From Heptranchias perlo (lineage: Eukaryota), in NCBI RefSeq assembly GCF_035084215.1, contig NC_090340.1, positions 8,928,001-8,992,000 on the forward strand: DNA of 64,000 nucleotides, given 5' to 3'. Within the stretch, counting starts at the first letter, position 1, and each line of letters starts with the position of its first letter. Shown here piece after piece: positions 37,812-52,526 of the stretch. Below the pieces are notes generated by a model. That model did not search any database, was not told where the DNA came from, and saw only the letters and a list, made by a program, of their open reading frames with translations. A program made the translations under genes and the position numbers.

Positions 37812-38220
37812 TTACTCGGGATGTCCCAAAGTGTTTCATAGCCGATGGATTAATTTTTGACGTGTTGTTATGGAGACAAGTACACCAATTAATTTACACA
37901 CAGAAAGGTCCCACAAATGAAATAAAATGACCAGATAATCTGTTTATCAGTGTTGGTTGAGGGATAAATATTGGCCAGGACAATGAGGAGAGCTCCCTTG
38001 CTCTTTGACGAGTGCAATGGGATCTTTTACATCTACCTGAGAGGGCAGACGGGGCCTCAGTTTAACGACTCATCTGAAAGACAGCACCTCCAACAGTGCA
38101 GCTCACCCTCAGTACTGCACTGAAATGTCAGCCTCGATTATCTGCTCAAGTGCATAGTGGGACAACCAACAATCTTCTAACTCAGGGGTGAGAGTGCTAC
38201 CGATTGAACCAAGCTGACAG
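37812..38220 (-). mobile_element. DeuSINE B of the array unit (U2 copy; present in all units, partial at 31252-31553)
   Basis: Reverse-complement Deu domain and head. Confidence 0.85.
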
Positions 38221-39299
38221 TGTAGGTCTAGTGTTTTAGAATGGATTAAAAACCAAAAAATATCAATCTTTTCAGTGGGGCGGGCAGGGTTTTTTTTCTA
38301 TGGGGTGTTTGGATATGAGATTAAAACAAAACTACTTCAAATAGGAATTTCAAGATAAGGTTCAAAATAGAAACATTGTTTCTTCCATTGGTCGAACAAT
38401 TCAAATAAAGCAAATGAAAAGAAAAACAGTCTAGTCGGATAAAAACTCTAACACGCCAAGTCCAAGTGTGTCGCTAGTCTATCGATAACTTTGCTACTAG
38501 TCACTGAAATATCCCGGTGAACATTTTAGAAACACGGGCCCAACTAATCGGTTTTCACTGGTCGAATTGCAGAACTGACCGCTCTGGAGAACTTCCCCTT
38601 GTTTCTGTGTTCTGAGGAACGTTCCTTCGAAAGGAAGAGTGGTCCTGTAAAAAAAGTCACAGGAATTTCGAGGGGTGTTTGAACATCTGACCCTGAACAC
38701 CCCTCACCCATCAGGATTCTTGTTTATGAATATTTTATTCATAACAATAAAAAGAAACAATAATCAATAAGCTGTGTAGACACGAGGGAGAAATGTGCTC
38801 GGGTTTGGCTCCTGATCGCTACCCATGGAACCCTGCAGGAAGTGTAGACAGGAATATAGGAATTGCTGGATGTAAAAAGACCAAGGTCCATCCAGTTCAC
38901 CTTCTACCATCCTGGTAGTCGCATGATACAATGATAATGGAGTTATTGACTAATCATAGCTAGCAATCTCTATCAATTAGTCTACAACAGACATGACCAA
39001 GCAAAAAAACCCACTGGTGGAGAGCTTTTGGAGCCATGGGTACAAAGTCACCTGTTCCTCACGAATGTAAACAAGTGGACATTAGGTGAAACTGAGTTGT
39101 GATGGCTTCCTACGGCCAAAAGGACCACTGACATTTGCTGATTAGGGTCAAGAATGGCTAATTGGGTGAGGTACTAGAGACCAACCAGTGCCCCTGTAAT
39201 AATAGCCCAACAAGGCAGGCCTTCAGAAGAGGAGGAAGGGTGAGGAGAACATTGATGAAAAAAGGAGGAGCAAAGGTAAAAAATAATAAGAAAATCACT

Positions 39300-40160
39300 C
39301 GACTGGAGGAAGACACAGATCCTGGACTGGAAAGAGGCACAGATCCTGGACTGGAGGAAGACTCAGATCCTGGACTGGCAGAAGACACAGATCCTGGACT
39401 GGAGAGAAGCACAGATCCTGGAGTGGAGGAAGACACAGATCCTGGAGTGGAGGAAGACACAGATCCTGGAGTGGAGGAAGACACAGATCCCGGAGTGGAG
39501 GAAGACACAGAACCCGGACTGGAGGGAGGCACAGATCCTGGACTGGAGGGAGGCACAGATCCTGGACTGGAGGGAGGCACAGATCCTAGACTGGAGGGAG
39601 GCACAGATCCTGGACTGGAGGGAGGCACAGATCCTGGACTGGAGGGAGGCACAGATCCTGGACTGGAGGGAGGCACAGATCTTGGACTGGAGAGAGACAC
39701 AGATCCTGGCCTGAGATGGAGACGCAGAGCCCAGACTCAAGAGAGTCCTAGATCCTGGACTGGGGGAAGACACAGATCTTGGACTGGAGAGGGACACAGA
39801 ACCTGGACTAGAGAGAGAGACACACACAGATCCTCGACTGGATGAAACACAGAAGCTGGACTGGAGAGAGACACAAGTCCTGGAGTGGAGGGAGACATAG
39901 ATCCTGGACTGGAAGCAGACTTAGATCCTGGACTCGAGGACGACACAGATCCTGGACTGGAGGATGAAACATATCCCAGACTGGAGAGAGACACAAATCC
40001 TGGAATGGAGGGAGGCACAGATCGTAATCTGGAAGCACCGACCCTGGACTGCAGATTGACACAGATCCTGGACTGAAGAGAGACATGGATCCTGGACTGT
40101 GGGGAGGCACTGATACTGAATTGGAGTGAGACACAGATCCTGGACTGGATGGTGACATCG
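39300..40160. repeat. 24-bp minisatellite (U2; also ~32640-32807, 34675-34960, 44397-45088, 49603-49769, 51632-51918, 60618-61480)
   Basis: Unit gacacagatcctggactggagaga with a variable purine segment. Confidence 0.95.
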
Positions 40161-40164
40161 ATCA

Positions 40165-40769
40165 GATCAGAGGCTGGGTATTCTGCAGCGAGTGACTCAC
40201 CTCTTGACTCCCCAAATATTTTTACCATCTACAAGGCACAAGTCAGGAGTGTGATGGAATACTCTCCACTTGCCTGGATGAGTGCTGCACCAACAACACT
40301 CAAGAAGCTCGACACCATCCAGGACCACGCAGCCCTCTTGATTGGAACCCCCTCTAATGCCTTAAACACTCAGTCCCTCCATCACCGGCGCACAGTGGCT
40401 GCGGTGTGTACCATCCACAGGATGCATTGCAGCAACTCACCAAGGCTTCTTTGACAGCACCGCCCAAACCTGCGACCTCTATTACCTAGCAGGACCAGGG
40501 CGGCAGGCACATGGGAACAACACCACCTGCACGTTCCCCTCCAAGTCACACACCATCCCGACTTGGAAATATATCGCCGTTCCTTCATCGTCACTGGGTC
40601 AAAATCCTGGAACTCCCCACCTCACAGCACTGTGGGAGAACCTTCACCACACGGACTGCAGCAGTTCAAGATGGCGGCTCACCACCACCTTCTCAAGGGC
40701 AATTAGGGATGGGCAATAAATGCTGGCCTTGCCAGCGACGCCCACATCCCATGAATGAATAAAAAAAAG
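40165..40769 (+). mobile_element. LINE 3' fragment (unit 2)
   Basis: Same insertion point as in unit 1. Confidence 0.9.
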
Positions 40770-43700
40770 AACCTGGACTGGTGAGAGACAGAGACCCAGG
40801 GCTGGAGATTGAAATACAGACCCAGGGCTGGAGATTAAAATACAAACCCAGGGCTGGAGATTGAAATACAGACCCAGGGCTGGAGATTAAAATACAAACC
40901 CAGGGATGGAGATTGAAATACAGACCCAGGGCTGGAGATTGTAATACAGACCCAGGGCTGGAGATTGAAATAAAGACCCAGGGCTGGAGATTAAAATACA
41001 GACCCAGGGCTGGAGATTGAAATACAGACCCAGGGCTGGAGATTAAAGTACAGACCTTGGGCTGGAGAGTGAAACACAGACCTAGGGCTGAAGATTGAAA
41101 CACAGACCCTGGGCTGCAGATTGTAATACAGATGGTGGGTCAGAGAACTGGAGAGAGACACAGACCCTGGACTGGAGAGAGACAGAGATACTGGACTGGA
41201 GAGAGACACACATCTTAGGCTAGACAGAGACACAGACACTGTACTGGAGAGCAACACAGTCCTGGACTGGAGAGAGACACAAATCCTGGACAGGAGAGAA
41301 ACACAGATGCTCTCCCAAATATACAGTGTATGAGATTCACACTGTAACTCTGGGCAGGGCATGAACCAAAACCAGAAGAGTGCACTGTCCATCTCTGAAA
41401 TACATTGAATGTTTAAGAGCACAGTTTATTAATGAAGATAGTTGGTGATATGGAAGATTCCAGTGATTATCTTTATTAAAACAGGAGCGGATACATCTGA
41501 ATTCGTTTATGAGGGATGGAAAAGGAGGAAGTGAAACGATTGCGATTGTACACTGGGATATTACACTGGGCGATGTTGTTTTCGGAATAAAAAGCTCCGA
41601 TTAAACTCTTCTCTCTGCTATTTCCAAGAAGGTGTTCACTTGCTTCTTTTAAAATACGTTAAGACCTCCATTAAACAGCCCACAGAGGAATTTGCCACCA
41701 TTGCGATTAACGTTCCCACCAGAATGTGGCGCCGTGTCATTCTCAGGAATGGATGTATTTTCTCAAAAACTATTAAAAATGAGAGTTTCGATTTTCTGCT
41801 GTATCTGAGATTAAAAGTTACTGTAAGTGTGTGTAGGCACGGGATTAAAATAATGAAACAAAATAACAGACCAGAAGGCAACAAATAACAGTGTAATGAA
41901 GTACTGTAAACACAGGTGACAATCTGGCACCAAATCTGTGCTGGAAATGTTGCAATAGTCTCGGTAAAGTAACGAAATAACCTGTGCCCTTAAACTGTCC
42001 TTTAAATATATGGACACACTGTAGATAATAACTATTGTTCCTTTCAACTATTTTGCTGTATTTTCCAGGAGATCCTTTGAAAACTGCATTTCCCCAACAA
42101 CCTCCCAATTACAGAAAGACTTGTATTTATGGAACACTTTATCACATTCTCAGGATGTCCCAAAACGCTTCATCCTCATTAATTACTTTATTTAAGTGTA
42201 GCTACTGTTGTTAAGTAGCAAAACGTAGAAGATAAATTTACACACAAGGTCTCACAAACAGCATGAGATGAATCATCAGTTGATCTGTTTTTAGTTGAGG
42301 GGGGAATGTTGGCCGGGGAGAACTCCCCAGCTCTTCTTCCAATAGTGGCCGTGGGATCTTTAACATCCACGTAAACAGGCAGACGGAATCTCGGTTTAAC
42401 GTTATATCTGAAAGACGGCACCTCTGACAGTGCAGCACTCCCTCAGTACGGCACTGGGAGTGTCAGCCTGGATTACGGACTCAGGTCTGGGATTGAGGTC
42501 CCATAAACTTTTGACTCTGAGGCGTGAGTGTTACCAATGGAGCCAAGCTGACAACTGGATACAGTAATCCTTTTCTTGTGCTCACTAAGGCGAGGATTGT
42601 TAGTGCTGGGGAATGAAACCCTTTCTATTTCAGGTACTCAGTGACAGCATCTCAGCATCAAACACCCCCACTCCCAGCTCAGCTATCGAATGGTAAGATA
42701 TGGAGCACAGCTCTGTCCCAACAGTGTCAGTACTGCACCAAACTGACATTTCAGATGGCCATGTTCCTGGACTTGACTGCATCAAAAGAAGAACAGACTT
42801 GCATTACTATAGCATCTTTCAGGGTGGGAGGAGCCTCATGTAGAGTATAAACACCGGCAGAGACCTGTTGGGCCGAATGGCCTTTTTCTCTGCTGTAAAA
42901 TTCTATGTAACTCTATGTAACTTACTCGGGATGTCCCAAAGTGTTTCATAGCCGATGGGTTAATTTTTGAAGTGTTGTTATGGAGACAAATATACCAATT
43001 AATTTACACACAGAAAGGTCCCACAAATGAAATAAAATGACCAGTTCGTTGAGGGATCAATATTGACCAGGACAATGGGGAGAACTCCCTTGCTCTTTGA
43101 CGAGTGCAATGGGATCTTTTACATCCACCTGAGAGGGCAGACCAGGCTTCGGATTAACGACTCATCTGAAAGATGGCACCTACAACAGTGCAGCTCACCC
43201 TCAGTACTGCACTGAAATGTCAGCCTGGGTTATGTGCTCAAGTGCATGGTGGGACAACCAACAATCTTCTAACTCAGGGGTGAGAGTGCTACCGATTGAA
43301 CCAAGCTGACAGTGTAGGTCCAGTGTTTTAGAATGGATTAAAAACTAAAAAATATCAATCTTTTCAGTGGGGCGGGCAGGGGTTTTTTCCATGGGGTGTT
43401 TGGATATGAGATTAAAACAAAACTACTTCAAATAGGAATTTCAAGATAAGGTTCAAAATAGAAACATTGTTTCTTCCATTGGTCAAACAATTCAAATAAA
43501 GCAAATGAAAAGAAAAACAGTCTAGTCGGATAAAAACTCTAACACGCCAAGTCCAAGTGTGTCGCTAGTCTATCGATAACTTTGCTACTAGTCACTGAAA
43601 TATCCCGGTGAACATTTTAGAAACACGGGCCCAACTAATCGGTTTTCACTGGTCGAATTACAGAACTGACCGCTCTGGAGAACTTCCCCTTGTTTCTGTG

Positions 43701-45090
43701 TTCTGAGGAACGTTCCTTCGAAAGGAAGAGTGGTCCTGTAAAAAAAGTCACAGGAATTTCGAGGGGTGTTTGAACATCTGACCCTGAACACCCCTCACCC
43801 ATCAGGACTCTTGTTTATGAATATTTTATTCATAACAATAAAAAGTAACAATAAGCAATGAGCTGTGTAGACACGAGGGAGAAATGTGCTCGGGTTTGGC
43901 TCCTGATCGCTGCCCATGGAACCCTGCAGGAAGTGTAGATAGGAATATAGGAATTGCTGGATGTAAAAAGACCAAGGTCCATCTAGTTCACCTTCTACCA
44001 TCCTGGTAGTCGCATGATACAATAATAATGGAATTATTGACTAATCATAGCTATCAATCTCTATCAATTAGTCTACAACAGACCCACACATGACACAAGG
44101 AAAATCCCACTGGTGGAGAGCTTTGGGAACCATGGGTCCAAAGTCACCTGTTCCTCCCAAGTGTACACGTGTGGACATCAGGTGAGGCTGAGTTGTGATG
44201 GCTCCCTACAGACAAAAGCACCACTAACATTTGCTGATTAGAATCATGAATGGCTGATTGGGTGAGGTACTAGAGACCAACCAGTGCCCCTGTAATAATA
44301 GCCCAACGAGGCAGGCCTTCAGAAGAGGAGGAAGGGTGAGGAGAACATTGATGCAAAATGGAGGAGCAAAGGTAAAAAATAATAAGAAAATCCCTCGACT
44401 GGAGGAAGACACAAATCCTGGACTGGCGGAAGACACAGATCCTGGACTGGAGAGAGGCACAGATCCTGGACTGGCGGAAGACACAGATCCTGGACTGGAG
44501 AGACGCACAGATCCTGGAGTGGAGGAAGACACAGATCCTGGACTGGAGGGAGGCACAGATCCTGGCCTGAGATGGAGACACAGAGCCTAGACTCAAGAGA
44601 GTCCTGGATCCTGGACTGGGGGAAGACACTGATTGTGGACTGGAGAGAAACACAATTCCTGGACTGGAGTGAGACACAGATCTTGGACTGGAGAGGGACA
44701 CAGAACCTGGACTAGAGAGAGAGACACACACAGATCCTCGACTGGATGAAACACAGAAGCTGGACTGGAGAGAGACACAGAACCTGGACTGGAGAGAGAC
44801 ACAAGTCCTGGAGTGGAGGGAGACACAGATCCTAGACTGGAAGCAGACTTAGATCCTGGACTTGAGGACGACACAGATCCTGGACTGGAGGATGAAACAT
44901 ATCCCAGACTGGAGAGAGACACAAATCCTGGAATGGAGGGAGGCACAGATCGTAATCTGGAAGCACCGACCCTGGACTGCAGATTGACACAGATCCTGGA
45001 CTGAAGAGAGACATGGATCCTGGACTGTGGGGAGGCACTGATACTGGATTGGAGTGAGACACAGATCCTGGACTGGATGGAGACATAGAT

Positions 45091-45697
45091 CAGGTCAGAG
45101 GCTGGGTATTCTGCAGCGAGTGACTCACCTCTTGACTCCCCAAATACTTTCACCATCGACAAGGCACAAGTCAGGAGTGTGATGGAATACTCTCCACTTG
45201 CCTGGATGAGTGCTGCACCAACAACACTCAAGAAGCTCGACAATATCCAGGACAACGCAGCACTCTTGATTGGAACCCCCTCTAATGCGTTAAACACTCA
45301 GTCCCTCCATCACCGGCGCACAGTGGCTGCAGTGTGTACCATCCACAGGAGGCATTGCAGCAACTCACCAGGGCTTCTTTGACAGCACCTCCCAAACCTG
45401 CGAGCTCTACCACCTAGAAGGACCAGGGCGGCAGGCACATGGTAACAACACCACCTGCACGTTCCCCTCCAAGTCACATACCATCCCGACTTGGAAATAT
45501 ATCGCCGTTCCTTCATCATCACTGGGTCAAAATCTTGGAACTCCCTTCCTAACAGCAGTGTAGGAGAACCTTCACCACACGGACTGCAGCGGTTCAAGAA
45601 GACGGCTCACCACCACCTTCTCAAGGGCAATTAGGGATGGGCAATAAATGCCGGCCTTGCCAGCGACACCAACATCCCATGAATGAATAAAAAAAAG
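45091..45697 (+). mobile_element. LINE 3' fragment (unit 3)
   Basis: Same insertion point as in unit 1. Confidence 0.9.
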
Positions 45698-48600
45698 AAC
45701 CTGGACTGGTGAGAGACAGAGACCCAGGGCTGGAGATTGAAACACAGACCCTGGGCTGGAGAGTGAAACACAGGCCTTGGGCTGGAGAGTGAAACACAGA
45801 CCGAAGGCTGGAGAGTGAAACACAGACCCAGGGCTGGAGAGTGAAACACAGACCTAGGGCTGGAGATTGAAACACAGACCTTGGGCTGGAGAGTGAAACA
45901 CAGAACTTGGGCTGAAGATTGAAACACAGACCCTGGGCTGCAGATTGAAATACAGATGGTGGGTCAGAGAACTGGAGAGAGACACAGACCCTGGACTGGA
46001 GAGAGACAGAGATACTGGACTGGAGAGAGACACAGATCCTGGACTGGAGAGAGACACAGACCCTGGACTGGAGAGAGACACAGATCCTAGGCTAGAGAGA
46101 GACACAGATACTGTGCTGGAGAGCAACACAGTCCTGGACTGGAGAGGGACACAAATCCTGGACAGGAGAGAAACACAGATGCTCCCCCAAATATACAGTG
46201 TATGAGATTCACACTGTAACTCTGGGCAGGGCATGAACCAAAACCAGAAGAGTGCCCTGTCCATCTCCGAAATACGTTGAATGTTTAAGAGCACAGTTTA
46301 TTAATGAAGATAGTTGGTGACATGGAAGATTCCAGTGATTATCTTTATTAAAACAGGAGAGGATACATCTGAATTCGTTTATGAGGGACGGAAAAGGAGG
46401 AAATCAAACGATTGCGATTGTACACTGGGATATTACACTGGGCGATGTTGTTTTCGGAATAAAAAGCTCCGATTAAACTCTTCTCTCTGCTATTTCCAAG
46501 AAGGTGTTCACTTGCTTCTTTTAAAATACGTTAAGACCTCCATTAAACAGCCCACAGAGGAATTTGCCACCATTGCGATTAACGTTCCCACCAGAATGTG
46601 GCGCCGTGTCATTCTCAGGAATGGATGTATTTTCTCAAAAACTATTAAAAATGAGAGTTTCGATTTTCTGCTGTATCTGAGATTAAAAGTTACTGTAAGT
46701 GTGTGTAGGCACGGGATTAAAATAATGAAACAAAATAACAGACCAGAAGGCAACAAATAACAGTGTAATGAAGTACTGTAAACACAGGTGACAATCTGGC
46801 ACCAAATCTGTGCTGGAAATGTTGCAATAGTCTCGGTAAAGTAACGAAATAACCTGTGCCCTTAAACTGTCCTTTAAATATATGGACACACTGTAGATAA
46901 TAACTATTGTTCCTTTCAACTATTTTGCTGTATTTTCCAGGAGATCCTTTGAAAACTGCATTTCCCCAACAACCTCCCAATTACAGAAAGACTTGTATTT
47001 ATGGAACACTTTATCACATTCTCAGGATGTCCCAAAACGCTTCATCCTCATTAATTACTTTATTTAAGTGTAGCTACTGTTGTTAAGTAGCAAAACGCAG
47101 CAGATAAATTTACACACAAGGTCGCACAAACAGCATGAGATGAATCATCAGTTGATCTGTTTTTAGTTGAGGGGGGAATGTTGGCCGGGGAGAACTCCCC
47201 AGCTCTTCTTCCAATAGTGGCCGTGGGATCTTTAACATCCATGTAAACAGGCAGACGGACTCTCGGTTTAATGTTTTATCTGAAAGACGGCACCTCTGAC
47301 AGTGCAGCACTCCCTCAGTACGGCACTGGGAGTGTCAGCCTGGATTACGGACTCAGGTCTGGGATTGAGGTCCCATAAACTTTTAACTCAGGTGAGAGTG
47401 GTACCAATGGAGCCAAGCTGACAACTGGATACAGTAATCCTTTTCTTGTGCTCACTAAGGTGAGGATTGTTCGTGCTGGGGAATGAAACCCTTTCTATTT
47501 CAGGTACTCAGTGACAGCATCTCAGCATCAAACACTCCCACTCCCAGCTCAGCTATCGAATGGTAAGATATGGAGCACAGCTCTGTCCCAACAGTGTCAG
47601 TACTGCACCAAACTGACATTTCGTCCATCCTGTGAGTTCACTGAGAGAGACTCACAATTAATGCTCGGTTATGGGCGGTTTTATTCCAGATACAGGAACT
47701 GGATTGAGATGGCACAAGCCCCTCAGCAGAGAGAGAAGACTTTCATCCCATCGTTCTACCTGGGATATGGACCCAGGTCCCAGAGGTTAAACATCAGTGA
47801 CTGACCCACTGTATCACCCAGTCCTCCCTTAAGACACTTTATTATAAAACGATCCTCCCTCAGACGGAGGAATTAACCTGTTTAAAATAAGTGGGTTAAT
47901 GCTAAACTAGCAGAGTAATTTCAGATGGAGACATGAAGCATTTGCACATTAGCATCAGATGGTGTTGTTCCTGGACTTGACTGTCTCAAAAGAAGAACGG
48001 ACTAACATTACTATAGTGCCTTTCAGGGTGGGAGGAGCCTCATGTAGAGTATAAACACCGGCAGAGACCTGTTGGGCCGAATGGCCTTTTTCTGTGCGAT
48101 AAAATTCTATGTAACTCTATGTAACTTACTCGGGATGTCCCAAAGTGTTTCATAGCCGATGGGTGAATTTTTGAAGTGTTGTTATGGAGACAAATACACC
48201 AATTAATTTACACACAGAAAGGTCCCACAAATGAAATAAAATGACCAGTTGGTTGAGGGATAAATATTGACCAGGACAGTGGGGAGAACTCCCTTGCTCT
48301 TTGACGAGTGCAATGGGATCTTTTACATCCACCTGAGAGGGCAGACCGGGCTTCGGATTAACGACTCATCTGAAAGACGGCACCTCCAACAGTGCAACTC
48401 ACCCTCAGTACTGCACTGAAATGTCAGCCTGGATTATCTGCTCAAGTGCATGGTGGGACAACCAACAATCTTCTAACTCAGGGGTGAGAGTGCTACCGAT
48501 TGAACCAAGCTGACAGTGTAGGTCCAGTGTTTTAGAATGGATTAAAAACTAAAAAATATCAATCTTTTCAGTGGGGCGGGCAGGGGTTTTTTCCATGGGG

Positions 48601-49769
48601 TGTTTGGATATGAGATTAAAACAAAACTACTTCAAATAGGAATTTCAAGATAAGGTTCAAAATAGAAACATTGTTTCTTCCATTGGTCGAACAATTCAAA
48701 TAAAGCAAATGAAAAGAAAAACAGTCTAGTCGGATAAAAACTCTAACACGCCAAGTCCAAGTGTATCGCTAGTCTATCAATAACTTTGCTACTAGTCACT
48801 GAAATATCCCAGTGAACATTTTAGAAGCACGGGCCCAACTAATCGGTTTTCACTGGTCGAATTACAGAACTGACCGCTCTGGAGAACTTCCCCTTGTTTC
48901 TGTGTTCTGAGGAACGTTCCTTCGAAAGGAAGAGTGGTCCTGTAAAAAAAGTCACAGGAATTTCGAGGGGTGTTTGAACATCTGACCCTAAACACCCCTC
49001 ACCCATCAGGACTCTTGTTTATGATTATTTTATTCATAACAATAAAAAGAAACAATAATCAATAAGCTGTGTAGACACGAGGGAGAAATGTGCTCGGGTC
49101 TGGCTCCTGATCGCTGCCCATGGAACCCTGCAGGAAGTGTAGATAGGAATATAGGAATTGCTGGATGTAAAAAGACCAAAGTCCATCTAGTTCACCTTCT
49201 ACCATCCTGGTAGTCGCATGATACAATGATAATGGAGTTATTGACTAATCATAGCTATCAATCTCTATCAATTAGACTACAACAGACCCACACATGACAC
49301 AAGGAAAAAATCCCACTGGTGGAGAGCTTTGGGAACCATGGGTCCAAAGTCACCTGTTCCTCCCAAGTGTACACGTGTGGACATCAGGTGAGGCTGAGTT
49401 GTGAAGTCTCCCTACGGACAAAAGGCCCGCTGACGTTTGCTGATTAGGGTCAAAAATGGCTAATTGGGTGAGGTACTAGAGACCAACCAGTGCCCCTGTA
49501 ATAATAGCCCAACAAGGCAGGCCTTCAGAAGAGGAGGAAGGGTGAGGAGAACATTGATGAAAAAAGGAGGAGCAAAGGTAAAAAATAATAAGAATATCCC
49601 TCGACTGGAGGGAGACACAGATCTGGACTCGGGAGAGACACAGATCCTGGCCTGAGAGGGAGACACAGAGCCTAGACTCAAGAGAGTCCTGGATTCTGGA
49701 CTGGTGGAAGACACAGATCCTGGACTGGAGAGAAACACAGATTGTGGATTGGACAGAGACACAAATCCT

Positions 49770-51630
49770 ATGATGTGGAGATGCCGGTGATGGACTAGGA
49801 TGGACAAATGTAAGGAGTCGTACAACACCAGTCGTACAACACCAGGTTATAGTCCAACAACTTTATTTGAAATCACAAGCTTTCGGAGCTTTCCTCCTTC
49901 ATCAGGTGAGTGAAGGGTTCCATAAAGGCACAGCATATATAGTCAGAGAACAATGCCTGGTGATTACAGATAATCTTTCCAACTGCCCCTTATCACACCT
50001 CAGCAGAGAGATAATCACAGCAATCAAAGGAGTGGATGGTGTTCAGACAGAGAAACATTACATCCAAGACTACTGAATACACAAGCGGTCAGATCACAAA
50101 GACAGAGAGAGAGAGACACCCGAAAGGCAGAGAAAGAGATAGAATGACCAGTTGTATTAAAAACAGATAACTTTTTTTCCGCTGGTGGGGTTACGTGTAG
50201 CGCGATATGAACCCAAGATCCCGGTTGAGGCCGTCCTCATGGGTGTGGAACTTGGCTATCAATTTCTGCTCGACGATTTTGCGTTGTCATGTGCCTCGAA
50301 GGCTGCCTTGGAGAACGCTTACCCGAAGATCGGAGGCTGAATGTCCTTGACTGCTGAAGTGTTCCCCGACTGGGAGGGAACCCTCCTGTCTGGCGATTGT
50401 TGCGCGGTGTCCGTTCATCCGTTGTCGCAGTGTCTGCATGGTCTCGCCGATGTACCATGCTCCGGGGCATCCTTTCCTGCAACGTATGAGGTAGACAACA
50501 TTGGTCGAGTCACAGGAGTATGAACCATGTACCTGGTGGGTGGTGTCCTCTCGTGTGATGGTGGTATCTGTGTCGATGATCTGGCATGTCTTGCAGAGGT
50601 TGCCGTGGCAGGGTTGTGTGGTGTCGTGGACGCTGTTCTCCTGAAAGCTGGGTAATTTGCTGCGAATGATGGTCTGTTTGAGGTTGGGTCGCTGTTTGAA
50701 GGCGAGTAGTGGAGGTGTGGGGATGGCCATAGCGAGGTGTTCGTCATCATCGATGACACGTTGAAGGCTGCGAAGAACATGGCGTAGTTTCTCCGCTCCG
50801 GGGAAGTACTGGATGATGAAGGGTACTCTGTTGGTTGTGTCCCGTATTTGTCTTCTGAGGAGATCTATGCAATTTTTCGCTGTGGCCCGTCGGAACTGTC
50901 GATCGACGAGTCGAGTGTCATATCCCGTTCTTACGAGGGTGTCTTTCAGCGTCTGTAGGTGTCCATCGTGTTCCTCCTCGTCTGAGCAGATCCTGTGTAT
51001 TCGCAGGGCCTGTCCATAGGGGATGGCCTCTTTGACGTGGTTGGGGTGGGAGCTGGAAAAGTGGAGCATCGTGAGGTTGTCCGTGGGCTTGCGGTAGAGT
51101 GAGGTGTTGAGGTGCCCGTCTTTGATGGAGATTCGTGTGTCCAAGAATGAAACCGATTCTGAGGAGTAGTCCATGGTGAGCTTGATGGTGGGATGGAACT
51201 TGTTGATGTTATCGTGTAGTCTCTTCAGTGATTCTTCACCGTGGGTCCATAGGAAGAAAATGTCGTCGATGTATCTGGTGTATAGCGTTGGTTGGAGGTC
51301 CTGTGCAGTGAAGAAGTCGTGCTCGAACTTGTCCATGAAAATGTTGGCGTATTGGGGTGCGAATTTGATCCCCATGGCTGTTCCGCGTGTTTGGGTAAAG
51401 AACTGGTTATCGAAGGTGAAGACATTGTGATCCAGCATGAAGCAGATGAGTTGTAGGATGGCGTCTGGAGATTGGCTGTTGTTGGTGTTGAGTATTGATG
51501 CTGTTGCAGCAATGTCGTAATCGTGGGGGATACTGGTGTAGATTGCCGAGACGTCCATCGTGGTGAGAAGTGTTCCTGGTTCAACAGGTCCGTGGGTGCT
51601 GAGTTTTTGGAGGAAGTCTGTCGTGTCCAT
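49770..51630 (-). mobile_element. Penelope-like element, duplicated copy of 32808-34672
   Basis: Same junctions, same truncation point, same premature stop. Confidence 0.95.
49873..49909 (-). ncRNA. Minimal type I hammerhead ribozyme motif, second copy
   Basis: As above, with a CUGAUGA core. Confidence 0.8.
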
Positions 51631-51919
51631 CCTAGAATGGAGAGAGACACAAAACCTGGAGTGGAGGAAGACACAGATCCTGGACTGGAAGCAGACTTAG
51701 ATTCTGGACTGCAGATTGACACAGATCCTGGACTGGAGGAAGACACAAATCCTGGACTGGAGGGAGGCATAGATCCTAATCTGGAAGCAGACACAGACCC
51801 TGGACTGCAGATTGACACAGATCCTGGACTGAAGAGAGACACGGATCCTGGACTGGGGGGAGGCACTGATACTGGATTGGAGTGAGACACAGATCCTGGA
51901 CTGGATGGAAACATAGATC

Positions 51920-52526
51920 AGATCAGAGACTGGGTATTCTGCAGCGAGTGACTCACCTCTTGATTCCCCAAATCCTTTCCACCATCTACAAGGCACAAGT
52001 CAGGAGTGTGATGGAACACTCTCCACTTGCCTGGGTGAGTGCAGCTCCAACAACACTCAAGAAGCTCGACACCATCCAGGACAAAGCAGCCAACTTGATT
52101 GGCACCCCATCCACCACCCTAAACATTCACTCCCTTCACCACCGGTGCACTGTTGCTGCAGTGTGTACCATCCACAGGATGCAATGCAGCAACTCGCGAA
52201 GGCTTCTTTGACAGCACCTCCGAAACCCGTGACCTCTACCACCTAGAAGGAGAAGGGCAGCAGGTACATGGGAACAACACCGCCTGTACGTTCCCCTCCA
52301 AGTCACACACCATCCTGACTTGGAAATATATCGCCATTCCTTCATTGTCGCTGGGTCAAAATCCTGGAACTCCCTTCCTAACAGCACTGTGGGAGAACCT
52401 TCACCACACGGACTGCAGCAGTTCAAGAAGGCGGCTCACCACCACCTTCTCAAGGGCAATCAGGGATGGGCAATAAATGCCGGCCTCGCCAGCGACGCCC
52501 ACATCCCATGAATGAATGAAAAAAAA
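51920..52526 (+). mobile_element. LINE 3' fragment (unit 4)
   Basis: Same insertion point; closest in sequence to the unit 1 copy. Confidence 0.9.

Noticed and set aside
46262-46288. miR-181-like AACATTCAACG on the minus strand
   Set aside because: No complementary star arm at the right distance.
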